In this document: positions 9,026 through 18,574 of the stretch, piece by piece
How the letters are laid out: the number at the start of each line of letters is the position of its first letter
How positions within the stretch are numbered: position 1 is the first letter of the stretch
Origin: Sinorhizobium meliloti
GTDB lineage: Bacteria > Pseudomonadota > Alphaproteobacteria > Rhizobiales > Rhizobiaceae
Assembly (NCBI RefSeq): GCF_017876815.1
Contig: NZ_JAGIOS010000002.1
Location: forward strand, 270,001-302,000
Length of the DNA stretch: 32,000 bases
Direction of reading: 5' to 3'
Position numbers and translations under genes: made by a program
The notes under the pieces: generated by a model
Told to the model about the DNA's origin: nothing
Database searches by the model: none
What the model saw: only the letters and a program-made list of their open reading frames with translations

Positions 9026-10846
9026 ATGAAGAACCAAACCGGCAATGAGACTCAGGCCCGAACGCCCGCCGCCCCATCGGAAGGCAGCAGTATCTGGCAG
9101 CAGTTCGAGATGATGCGGCACGCTTTCGTCGCCTCGCCGGTTTTGAAGCCTACCCTATGGCTGGCGGCCGGCAGCTTCACCATAATCATCGTCACCGCCA
9201 TCGGGCAGATCGTTCTCAACCGCTGGTACCGGCCCTTCTTCGACGCGATCGAACGGCGCGATCTCAACAGTTTCTTCTATCAGCTCATGCTGTTCGTCCT
9301 CCTCGCCGGCGTCCTGCTGGTGTTCAACGTCGCTCAGCAGTGGCTCAATCAGATGGTGCGCCTGAAGCTGCGCGAAGGGTTGACATTGGACTTGATCGGC
9401 GAATGGATGCGGCCGCGGCGTGCCTTCCGGCTGGCCAATGCCGGCACGATAGGCGTGAACCCGGATCAGCGCATGCAGGAGGATGCCGGCCACCTTGCCG
9501 ATCTCACGACCAGCCTCGGATTCGGGCTTTTGCAATCGTCGATCCTGCTCATTTCGTTCGTTGGCGTCCTCTGGTCCCTTTCAGCGGGCTTTGCCTTCCA
9601 GATCGGCGAACGGTCGCTGGAAATTCCCGGCTACATGGTGTGGGCTGCAATCCTCTACGCCGGCTCCGCGTCGTGGCTGAGTTGGCTCGTCGGCCGCCGG
9701 CTGATCGTTCTGAACGGCGAGCGCTACGCCCGCGAAGCCGATCTTCGCTTCTCGATGATGCACGCCAACGAGCATATCGACGGCATCTCGCTTGCGGGCG
9801 GCGAGGCTGGGGAGCGACGGCGCCTGCAACTCGACCTCTCCTCCGTGCTCGACGCCACGCGCAAGATATTCCGAGCCGAGATCAATCTTGCCTGGGTTCA
9901 GGACGGCTACGGCTGGGTCACGGTCGTGGCACCGATTCTCGTTGCAGCGCCAGTTTATTTCGCGGGAAACATTAGCTTCGGCGGCCTTATGATGGCGGTG
10001 GGGGCGTTCAACCAGGTGCACTCGTCGTTGAAATGGTTCGTCGCCAATGTCAGCGCCATCACGGATTGGCGCGCAACGCTGCTGCGCGTTGCCGCCTTTC
10101 GCCGGGCGCTGATCACGGCAGACACGCTGCACGGCGATGAAAAGCGTATCGAATTCGTCGAGAACGAGAGTGCCACCATGACGTTCGAGAACCTTGAGGT
10201 GGTCTCCCGCTCGGGTCGAACCAGGCTGGCGGAGTCTCGTATCGAGATCTCCCCCGGCCAGCGGGTCAACATCATCGGCGATCCGCGTGCCGGGAAGACG
10301 CTGGTCTTCCGGGCGCTCGCCGGGCTCTGGCCCTGGGGAAACGGCCGCGTGGGAATGCCGGCCGGCGAAGCCGTGGCCTTCATTCCTCGCGCGCCTTATT
10401 TCCCCCGCGGCCGCCTGCGCGACGCCCTTGCCTATCCGCACGCCGACAGTTTCCCCGACAAGGTGCTCGTGACTGCGCTTTCGAAGGTCGGGCTCGACCA
10501 TCTCGCGACGTCGCTCGATCGCGAGGCCCGTTGGGAACGCGAACTCGGTGACGACGAGCAGCGCCTCCTGGCCTTTGCCCGGCTCCTCGTGCAGAAACCC
10601 CGTTGGGTGGTCATCGACGAAGCGCTGGAGACCATGGACGCCGATGCCCTGAAACGGGCCCTTTCGATCTTCGAGGCCGACCTGCGGGAGACCGCGGTGA
10701 TCAAGATCGGCCGAACGCCGCGAAACGGAGTGCAGTTCTCCCGCGTGATCCATCTCGTCAAGGACGCCGAAGCTCCGGCCCTGAAGCCGGTTCGCCTCGG
10801 CGGAGGTGTTTCGGGCCTGGAGGTGGCCGCACGCGGTGCGCCTTGA
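9026..10846 (+). CDS. exsE: SbmA/BacA-like (ABCD/YddA-type) ABC half-transporter: N-terminal membrane domain plus C-terminal NBD
   Basis: ORF 8909..10846. I prefer the ATG at 9026 (MKNQTGNE...), which follows a GGAAGGAATTGGAG RBS. The membrane domain is followed by an NBD with Walker A GDPRAGKT and Walker B WVVIDEA. The Q-loop, signature and H-loop look non-canonical (see findings). Confidence 0.85.
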   Translation: MKNQTGNETQARTPAAPSEGSSIWQQFEMMRHAFVASPVLKPTLWLAAGSFTIIIVTAIGQIVLNRWYRPFFDAIERRDLNSFFYQLMLFVLLAGVLLVFNVAQQWLNQMVRLKLREGLTLDLIGEWMRPRRAFRLANAGTIGVNPDQRMQEDAGHLADLTTSLGFGLLQSSILLISFVGVLWSLSAGFAFQIGERSLEIPGYMVWAAILYAGSASWLSWLVGRRLIVLNGERYAREADLRFSMMHANEHIDGISLAGGEAGERRRLQLDLSSVLDATRKIFRAEINLAWVQDGYGWVTVVAPILVAAPVYFAGNISFGGLMMAVGAFNQVHSSLKWFVANVSAITDWRATLLRVAAFRRALITADTLHGDEKRIEFVENESATMTFENLEVVSRSGRTRLAESRIEISPGQRVNIIGDPRAGKTLVFRALAGLWPWGNGRVGMPAGEAVAFIPRAPYFPRGRLRDALAYPHADSFPDKVLVTALSKVGLDHLATSLDREARWERELGDDEQRLLAFARLLVQKPRWVVIDEALETMDADALKRALSIFEADLRETAVIKIGRTPRNGVQFSRVIHLVKDAEAPALKPVRLGGGVSGLEVAARGAP

Positions 10847-10892
10847 GTTCGGATCGAAGTGCTGCGGCCTGATAAGACGCGCGACTGCTGCT

Positions 10893-11630
10893 TCAAACGC
10901 CGCGCCTGTTGCCCCAGATGAGGACATGCAGTTGCGGCAGGACCCGCGCCTCGAACCACCTGTCGGCAACAACCCTATCGACCAACCAGCGCATCCGCTC
11001 CATCACGCCGTCGATATCGATCGGCGCGTCCGCCTCCTCCGCGGGCGGCGGAGTATGGTTGCCGGGCTGCAGATAGACGGGAAGATGCGGATGGCGCGCG
11101 GCAGCTGTCATTGCATAGGCATAGTCCGCTTCATCGAAGACCACGAATTTCAATACCGTCTGCGGCTTGTTTCCAGCACTGCGGAGACAGTCGTCCAAGG
11201 CTTCCCAGTCGGTCTCCATCCCGCTCGAGGGCGGCTTAGGACTGAGCACCAGCACGTCGAGAGCGGCGAACCAGTCGCGAGCGACCGAACCTTGCGTTTC
11301 CAGGGCGAATCGATAGCCTTTTTCGTGCCCGCGGCCGATCAGATCGCCGAGCGGCTGTATTGCCGGGTTGCCGCCCGATAGCGAAACCATCACAGCTTCA
11401 CCGCCCGAAAGCCGAACGATTTCCTGCCAAACCTCCTCGGTCGACATCGTTTGCCATTCATGCCGGTAGTTGCTGTCGACGGCATGGAGGCTGTCGCACC
11501 AGGAACAGCGGTAATCGCAGCCGCCGCTCCTGACGAATACCGTCGGTAGGCCGATCAGCACCCCCTCCCCCTGGATCGTCGGTCCGAATATCTCGCTGAC
11601 GCGGATTTCGTTCGATCGGGTGTGGATCAT
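10893..11630 (-). CDS. queE: 7-carboxy-7-deazaguanine synthase (radical SAM)
   Basis: The start ATG at 11630..11628 overlaps the queD stop (ATGA). The sequence is [47 protein letters not shown], with the Cx3Cx2C radical-SAM cluster motif. The longer ORF-track start (11708) would overlap queD by about 80 nt. Confidence 0.9.
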   Translation of the reverse strand: MIHTRSNEIRVSEIFGPTIQGEGVLIGLPTVFVRSGGCDYRCSWCDSLHAVDSNYRHEWQTMSTEEVWQEIVRLSGGEAVMVSLSGGNPAIQPLGDLIGRGHEKGYRFALETQGSVARDWFAALDVLVLSPKPPSSGMETDWEALDDCLRSAGNKPQTVLKFVVFDEADYAYAMTAAARHPHLPVYLQPGNHTPPPAEEADAPIDIDGVMERMRWLVDRVVADRWFEARVLPQLHVLIWGNRRGV

Positions 11631-11986
11631 GGCCGATATTCCGCCCAGGTCTTCGCTGTCTCGCTGACGCGAACGGCTGTCGTCTCGGGCAGCCGAGCCT
11701 GGCACCATTCATAGAAATGCTGCGCCAGGCATTCCGCCGTCACCCGATCGTGCCCGAGCACGTCGTTCAGATGGCGGTGGTCGAAGCACTCGTCGATATA
11801 TTGCTTCAGTGGCGCGAGTTCGTGGTAGTCGCGCACGAATCCATGCTCGTTCAGCGTTTCGCCGGAAAGCTCGACCTCGACGATGTAATTGTGCCCATGC
11901 AGCCGCGCGCATTGATGCTCGGCCGGCAGGCTCTTCAGCTGGTGCGAGGCGGAGAAATGGAATTCCTTGGTGATGCGGAACATCAT
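11627..11986 (-). CDS. queD: 6-carboxy-5,6,7,8-tetrahydropterin synthase
   Basis: 119-aa [20 protein letters not shown]...HGHNY, with the PTPS/QueD family His motifs. Its start overlaps the queC stop (ATGA). Confidence 0.92.
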   Translation of the reverse strand: MMFRITKEFHFSASHQLKSLPAEHQCARLHGHNYIVEVELSGETLNEHGFVRDYHELAPLKQYIDECFDHRHLNDVLGHDRVTAECLAQHFYEWCQARLPETTAVRVSETAKTWAEYRP

Positions 11987-12693
11987 TTCACCTCTTCGGC
12001 AACGAAGGAGCCGGTCGCCGCGACCCAGAAGTCCGGATCGTCATACTCCGTCGGATCAGGAACGCCCGCGAGGTGAAAGGCTTCACGCCGTTCGACGCAG
12101 GTGCCGCAGCGCCCGCAATGGCGGGCACCGCCCTTATAGCAGGACCAGGTCTCGGCAAAGGGCGTATCGTGCCTTGCTCCGTCCGCGACGATGTCCGCCT
12201 TCGAGACGTTCACAAAAGGCGCATAGAGCGCGACATCCGCATAGCCATCGAGCGCGTGGTCCTGCATTGCCTGGAAAGCATCGATGAAGCCCGGCCGGCA
12301 ATCGGGATAGATGAAGTGGTCGCCCCCGTGCACGGCGGTCGCGACGGCATCCGCCTTGCGGGCTGCAGCGACCCCGAAGGCGATGGCAAGCATGATGGCG
12401 TTGCGGTTCGGCACCACCGTCGCCTTCATCGTCTCTTCGGCATAGTGTCCGTCCGGGACGTCCACCTCGTCGGTGAGCGCCGATCCGATGAGGTGGCGGC
12501 CGATCTCGCGGATGTCGATGATCTGGTGCGGGACGCCCAGGCGCCTGGCGCAGGCGGCGGCGAAATCCAGTTCCTTACGGTGCCGTTGGCCGTAATCGAA
12601 CGACAGGAGGCCGGAAAGCTCCTGTTCAGCCGCGACCTTGTGCGCAAGCGAAACGGAATCCAATCCGCCGGAGCAGATTACAATTGTCTTCAT
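11983..12693 (-). CDS. queC: 7-cyano-7-deazaguanine (preQ0) synthase; historically exsB
   Basis: 236-aa ORF, MKTIVICSGGLDSVSLAH, with the PP-loop SGGxDS. The C-terminal Zn-binding cysteines are CYKGGARHCGRCGTCVERR. Confidence 0.95.
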   Translation of the reverse strand: MKTIVICSGGLDSVSLAHKVAAEQELSGLLSFDYGQRHRKELDFAAACARRLGVPHQIIDIREIGRHLIGSALTDEVDVPDGHYAEETMKATVVPNRNAIMLAIAFGVAAARKADAVATAVHGGDHFIYPDCRPGFIDAFQAMQDHALDGYADVALYAPFVNVSKADIVADGARHDTPFAETWSCYKGGARHCGRCGTCVERREAFHLAGVPDPTEYDDPDFWVAATGSFVAEEVK

Positions 12694-12837
12694 GACAGGT
12701 GTCCTTGTTTTGACCGGGTAGGCTGCGACCGGAGTTCTACTGCGCGCCTTTTAGGCCAAAGAGGACGGCTTGTGAATGGCCGACCGGTCGATCGCTGCAT
12801 CTTAGCGGTCGACCGGCCCTCGGCCGGGCTCGCGACC

Positions 12838-14652
12838 TCATCCCTCGCTGAGGATGAGACCCTTCGTCAGTTCCAGCGCCTGTCTTTCGAAGAGACTGCG
12901 ATAGATGCCGCCCTTGACGCGGATGAGCGCGCCGTGGTCGCCTTCTTCCGCAATGCGGCCGCGATCGAAGACCAGAAGGCGGTCCAGCGCACGTACGGTG
13001 GAAAGCCGGTGTGCGACCACGAGCGTGGTGCGCCCCGTCATCAGCCGCTCCATCGCCTGCTGGATCAGCACCTCGGACTCCGAATCGAGGCTCGACGTCG
13101 CCTCGTCCAGGATGAGGATGGGTGCATCCGCCAGAAAGGCGCGGGCAATCGCCACCCGCTGGCGCTCGCCGCCCGAGAGCTTCACGCCACGTTCGCCGAC
13201 CAGCGTCCCATAGCCCTTCGGCAATGCGGCGATGAAGTCATGCGCGCTCGCAAGCCTTGCCGCCTCCTCGATGTCGCGTTGCGTCGCCCCCGGCCGTGCA
13301 TAGGCGATATTCTCGGCAAGCGAGCGGTGAAACAGTATCGGCTCCTGCTGCACGATGGCGATCTGCTGGCGCAGCGACGCCTGGGTGAAGTCGGCGATAT
13401 TCTGCCCGTCAATGCGGATCTCACCGGCATTCAAATCATGGAGACGCTGTATCAGCTTGATGAACGTCGTCTTGCCCGAACCGGAGTGCCCGACGAGACC
13501 GACACGCTCGCCGGCCGCGATTTTGACCGAGAAGCCCTCGTAGAGAGGCGCGCGATGGGCTCCATAGTGGAAAGTCACATCGCGGAACTCGATCTCGCCC
13601 TCGGTGATGCGGATGGGCTTTGCGCCTGGCCGGTCCTCAACGCCGAGCGGCTGGGCGTGAATGGCGACGAGCTCCTCCATGTCGTTGATCGACCGCTGCA
13701 GGTTGCGGATATGCATCCCCACCTCCCGCAGATAGCCCTGCAGGATGAAGAACGAGGTGAGCACGAAGGTTATGTCGCCTGCGGTCGCCTGCCCTCTCGC
13801 CCACAGCAGGAGGGCAAAGCCGATCACGGCCGCGCGCAGGACGAGCAGCATTGCGCCCTGCGCGGTACCGTTGAGCGTGCCGCGCGACCAGGTGCGCCGC
13901 GTCCGGTTCTCCCATTTGCGGAGAACCTTGGCGAGACGCGCGTCCTCGCGCCCTTCCGCACCGAAGGCCTTGACGACGGTATTGCAGCTGACCGCATCGG
14001 CGAGCGCCCCGCCAAGCCTCGTGTCCCAGCTGTTGGCAAGGCTCGCCATCGGCGCCACATAGCCGAGCGACAGGGAAACGGTGACGGCGATGAAGGCGAT
14101 CGAGCCGAGCCCGATGATCACCCCCATCATCGGCCAGTACCAGGCCATCAGCGCCGTGGAGCCGACCAGCATGACGATAGAAGGGAAAAGCGCGACGAGG
14201 AGCGTATCGTTCAAGAGATCGAGTGCCCACATGCCGCGCGTCACCTTGCGGACCGTCGAACCGGCGAAGCTGTTGGCGTGCCAGTCACTGGAGAACCGCT
14301 GGATGTGATGAAAGGCGGCCGCGGCGATATCCGACATCATCTTCAGCGTGAGGCTGACGATACCCATGAAGGTCACATGCCTGAGGATGATGGCACCGAA
14401 CGACAGGGCCATCAGCATCATGAAGGCCGCCATCGCCGCATTCCAGGCGACGTCGTCGCTCGCCGCACCTGAAATCACCGCGTCGACCAGCCGGCCGGAG
14501 TAGAGCGGCGTAAGCACATCGGCGAGCGTCGAAAGCAGCACAGTTAGAAGAAGAGCCGCGAGCCGCACCGGCTGCTTCTTCCAATGGTCCCAGGAGAATC
14601 GAAAAACGCTACGGAAGGCGCGGTTGCGCGCCGTGAAACGAGTAAATGCCAT
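12838..14652 (-). CDS. exsA: MsbA-like ABC exporter (fused 6-TM domain plus NBD)
   Basis: 604-aa ORF. After the N-terminal TM domain come canonical NBD motifs: Walker A GHSGSGKTT, Q-loop VQQEP, signature LSGGERQR, Walker B ILILDEATS, H-loop VAHRLS. It is adjacent to and divergent from exoB, as I recall for S. meliloti. Confidence 0.92.
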   Translation of the reverse strand: MAFTRFTARNRAFRSVFRFSWDHWKKQPVRLAALLLTVLLSTLADVLTPLYSGRLVDAVISGAASDDVAWNAAMAAFMMLMALSFGAIILRHVTFMGIVSLTLKMMSDIAAAAFHHIQRFSSDWHANSFAGSTVRKVTRGMWALDLLNDTLLVALFPSIVMLVGSTALMAWYWPMMGVIIGLGSIAFIAVTVSLSLGYVAPMASLANSWDTRLGGALADAVSCNTVVKAFGAEGREDARLAKVLRKWENRTRRTWSRGTLNGTAQGAMLLVLRAAVIGFALLLWARGQATAGDITFVLTSFFILQGYLREVGMHIRNLQRSINDMEELVAIHAQPLGVEDRPGAKPIRITEGEIEFRDVTFHYGAHRAPLYEGFSVKIAAGERVGLVGHSGSGKTTFIKLIQRLHDLNAGEIRIDGQNIADFTQASLRQQIAIVQQEPILFHRSLAENIAYARPGATQRDIEEAARLASAHDFIAALPKGYGTLVGERGVKLSGGERQRVAIARAFLADAPILILDEATSSLDSESEVLIQQAMERLMTGRTTLVVAHRLSTVRALDRLLVFDRGRIAEEGDHGALIRVKGGIYRSLFERQALELTKGLILSEG

Positions 14653-15183
14653 AGGTGTTGCCCGGTGACGAGCGCACCGGCCTCAATATTGCGAAAGCAT
14701 GAAAATGCCGTTGGGGAAAGGGTCAGAACGGCATCAGCGGATCGCCGGCTTCTAAGAAGAAGCGGTGGGGCGATGACAATTCCTGCCTGCTGCGAAGAAG
14801 CGCGAACGCTTGCGTCACAGGGTCAGGATCGTGGATCCGCCCCGTAGGGAGAAGAAAATGCCTGCATCGTAACCTCCCTGATCTGATTGCCGAAGGACCG
14901 CTTATAGTTGAGGTCCTCGCGGACGCCAAGCGGCAATATTGTATTTTCCCGCAAGCAGAGCCGGCGTGCTGCAAGTTTGCAACAGTTTCCCGATCACGCC
15001 GCTTAATGCGCAGATGGCATGCAACATCCGGGATTGAACGTCGGTGCAGTCCGCGCTTCCGCGCCGCGAAGCTGTTGAAAATGCCGCGATTTTGCAGAAC
15101 TTTCATATTCTGTTGGAAATTTCGCCGTTATTCATTGCCAAGCCTGCCCGTCGAATTTCAGAAATCATCCCCAGAGGTTGCCC

Positions 15184-16170
<987 letters not shown>

Positions 16171-16255
16171 CTTTCGCGACCAGCGACAGTGGCTGCCGGA
16201 ACGATGGGTTGCCCGGTCTTCTGTCCAAACCGTTCAGCCTTTTCCTCAAGGCGCT

Positions 16256-17263
16256 CTATTCGGCCGCTCGGCCTGCCAGGCCTGCCGTGACTCGCCGGGC
16301 GCGGCCGCGCCGCAGCAGCGGGCGCTCGAGCATCATGTAAGCGGCGATGCCTATGAGCGTTCCCGAAAGAACCGCTGCGAACATCGTTGCGGGCGCGCCG
16401 AGACCGATCGCAAGTCCTGCCTTCGCCACGACCGAAATCGCAAAAGTGTGCCAGAGATAAATCGAATAGGAGGCGTCGCCGAGTAGCCCCGGCAGCGACA
16501 GCGCCCGCACGCAGCCGTTCGCCTCCAGAGAGAGCACGCCGATGACAAGCAGCACCGCCAGCGGCCCGGTCGTCAGTTCGTCGAATGGGAGACCGAGCAC
16601 ACCGATGAGAGCGAAGCCGCCGAGCGAGCAGGCGAACAGCGCGGAACCGACAGCGAGTGGCGGTACCCTGCCCTTCAACCAGAACTCGCCGATGATCATG
16701 CCGGCGACGAATTCCAGAATGACCGGCCGCGTATAGGTCAGCATCACCGCATCGTCGAAGGCGACCACGCGGCCGGCGATCACCAACGCTAGGAACAGCC
16801 CCGAGACGACGGGGAGCCGCCAGTTGCGCGGCATGAACAGCGAGCCGGCGAAGACCGCGTAGAAGAGCATCTCGAAATTGAGCGTCCAGCCCTGCACGAG
16901 CACAGGCCAAATCTCTCCACTGCTCGGCGAGCGCGCGGGCACGAAGAACAGCGACGCCAGAACATGTTCCAGTGTCAGCACCAGATTGGGGAACAGACCC
17001 GCCAGTGCCCCCGCGACCATCACGCCGGTCGCGAGCCAATAGACCGGCACGATGCGGCGGGCACGATCGGCGATGAATTCGACGGGTGTCACGGACCTGC
17101 GATCGCTGATGACCCACATGATGAAGCCGCTGATGACGAAGAAGACATCGACGCCGGCGGCTCCGATCGTGAAATGATGGCCGGTCTTTTCCGCCGCGTG
17201 GAAGAGCACGACGGCGATTGCCGCCGCCGCGCGAAGATATTGAATGCCGTGAATCGTCTTCAA
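16256..17263 (-). CDS. exoZ: Membrane acyltransferase_3 family protein (succinoglycan acetyltransferase)
   Basis: This is the C-terminal 335 codons of the chimeric ORF 16256..18430: (L/M)KTIHGIQYLRAAAAIAVVLFHAAEKTGHHFTIGAAGVDVFFVISGFIM..., multi-TM. The only plausible start is the TTG at 17263, preceded by GGGAG, and it overlaps the exoQ stop (TTGA). The start codon is less certain than the frame. Confidence 0.82.
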   Translation of the reverse strand: MKTIHGIQYLRAAAAIAVVLFHAAEKTGHHFTIGAAGVDVFFVISGFIMWVISDRRSVTPVEFIADRARRIVPVYWLATGVMVAGALAGLFPNLVLTLEHVLASLFFVPARSPSSGEIWPVLVQGWTLNFEMLFYAVFAGSLFMPRNWRLPVVSGLFLALVIAGRVVAFDDAVMLTYTRPVILEFVAGMIIGEFWLKGRVPPLAVGSALFACSLGGFALIGVLGLPFDELTTGPLAVLLVIGVLSLEANGCVRALSLPGLLGDASYSIYLWHTFAISVVAKAGLAIGLGAPATMFAAVLSGTLIGIAAYMMLERPLLRRGRARRVTAGLAGRAAE

Positions 17264-18567
17264 CGGCTGTCTCCCGACCGCGGTATCATCGGGCCGAAAG
17301 TTCGCCCGTAGTGCGCCGGATCGAGTCCTGCCGGCCAGAGCAGCGTCGCTGCCCGCCGGCGGCGCGGGATCGTCAGTTTGCCTGCCGTGAAGTACAAGAG
17401 GAAGGACCCGACGTGGTAGGGGGTGAGAATATCGATTTCGACGAAGGCACGCACGAAGAGCAGCGCGCCGACACCGAAGAGTACCATCGACTCCGGATCG
17501 CGATCCTCCGAAAGCAAGCGCTTCAACTGTCCGAAGAACGCTGTGACCAGCACCATGGTAAGCAGGATCAGGCCGATCAAGCCCGTCTCGACGACCGCTT
17601 CGATGAAGGTGTTGTGGAAATGGAAGCCGGCGCGCGAACCGATATAGAACTCCTCCCATAGCCGCTCGGCCTCGGAGAAACCCTGCACCCAATAGGCCTG
17701 ATAGCCGACGCCGACGAGTGGCGACACCTTCGCCGCCTCGATGCCCTGCTGCCAGAGATAGGTGCGCCCGGTGAGCGTCGAATCCTTGCCGAAGGCGCCG
17801 AGGATCAGATCGACGCCACCGGCATAGATCATCGCGACGGCGGCAACGCCGCCGAACACCGATGCGGCAATGAAGAGGAGCTTCCTGCTCGCGGGACGCA
17901 AGGCCGTGATCGCCCGCATCCCGAGGCAAAGACCGATGACGGCCGCAGTCGTCAACACGGAGGTCGCCGATTGCGACGTCAGCAGGCAATAGGCGGCAAG
18001 CAATCCGGCACCTCCTGCCGCGCCCATCCACAGCCCCTTCTCCCCGAGCACAAACACGGCCGCGAAGGCGAAATAGATGCCGAGCGAGGCGTAGAAGCCC
18101 AACTGGTTCTTCGACGCGAATGCACCAACGAAGCTGTAGGTGCCGTCCAGCGGATCGTAATGATAGGTACCGAAGAGCAGCGAATAGAGGAGCACGATTG
18201 CGGCGCCCGCAATCATGCCGCGCGTCAGCGTGCGGATGTCGATCGTGCGCATTGCGATGAGCGCACAGACGACATGGCTCAGATACTGTATTCCGGTGCG
18301 CAGCGACAAGGACGGGGCCGCCGACCAGAAGATCGTAATGCAGGCGAAGATGGTGAAGGCGAATATCCATAGATAGCTGGCGTAGTTGCCGAGAACCTTG
18401 CGGTAGTCCACGAGGACGAGCGGCAGCCACAGGCCATAATAGGCGAGGATAGAAACCTGTCCGAAGCGCGCCGAATAGGCGAAGACGAAGAGCGACAAGG
18501 CCAGGGCGAAGATGCCGTAGACTTCATTCGCTCCAGGTCTGACAAGGCTCGCCTTGGATATCCTCAT
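17260..18567 (-). CDS. exoQ: Wzy/O-antigen-ligase-like polytopic membrane protein (succinoglycan polymerisation)
   Basis: 435-aa ORF, highly hydrophobic with about 10-12 TM segments. It starts 7 nt after the exoF stop. Position and length match my recollection of ExoQ. Confidence 0.88.
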   Translation of the reverse strand: MRISKASLVRPGANEVYGIFALALSLFVFAYSARFGQVSILAYYGLWLPLVLVDYRKVLGNYASYLWIFAFTIFACITIFWSAAPSLSLRTGIQYLSHVVCALIAMRTIDIRTLTRGMIAGAAIVLLYSLLFGTYHYDPLDGTYSFVGAFASKNQLGFYASLGIYFAFAAVFVLGEKGLWMGAAGGAGLLAAYCLLTSQSATSVLTTAAVIGLCLGMRAITALRPASRKLLFIAASVFGGVAAVAMIYAGGVDLILGAFGKDSTLTGRTYLWQQGIEAAKVSPLVGVGYQAYWVQGFSEAERLWEEFYIGSRAGFHFHNTFIEAVVETGLIGLILLTMVLVTAFFGQLKRLLSEDRDPESMVLFGVGALLFVRAFVEIDILTPYHVGSFLLYFTAGKLTIPRRRRAATLLWPAGLDPAHYGRTFGPMIPRSGDSR

Positions 18568-18574
18568 GCCTGCC

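Noticed and set aside
9581-10972. 463-aa minus-strand ORF
   Set aside because: It is antisense to exsE and extends into the queE 3' region. It has no RBS or motifs and is a shadow ORF.
12694-12837. Possible preQ1 riboswitch in the leader of queC-queD-queE
   Set aside because: The 144-bp leader lacks the short P1 hairpin followed by the A-rich tail (…CCCUCUAUAAAAAACUAA-like) that I associate with preQ1-I, and I could not fit preQ1-II/III features either. The visible CCGGCC-GAGG-GCCGG stem next to the exsA stop looks more like an exsA 3' hairpin. An Infernal scan would settle it.
12073-14472. 799-aa ORF on the plus strand, the longest in this area
   Set aside because: It lies entirely antisense to queC and exsA, both of which have clear family motifs. 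Its translation is Arg/Gly/Asp/His-rich with no recognisable domain. This is a typical high-GC shadow ORF.
14723-15106. 127-aa minus-strand ORF in the exsA-exoB spacer
   Set aside because: It is Arg-rich with no convincing RBS or domain, and it lies in a region expected to hold divergent promoters.
17264-18430. N-terminal 389 codons of the 724-aa ORF 16256..18430
   Set aside because: This part overlaps exoQ in another frame and reads as Arg-rich nonsense. Only the C-terminal 335 codons (from the TTG at 17263) form the acyltransferase ExoZ.
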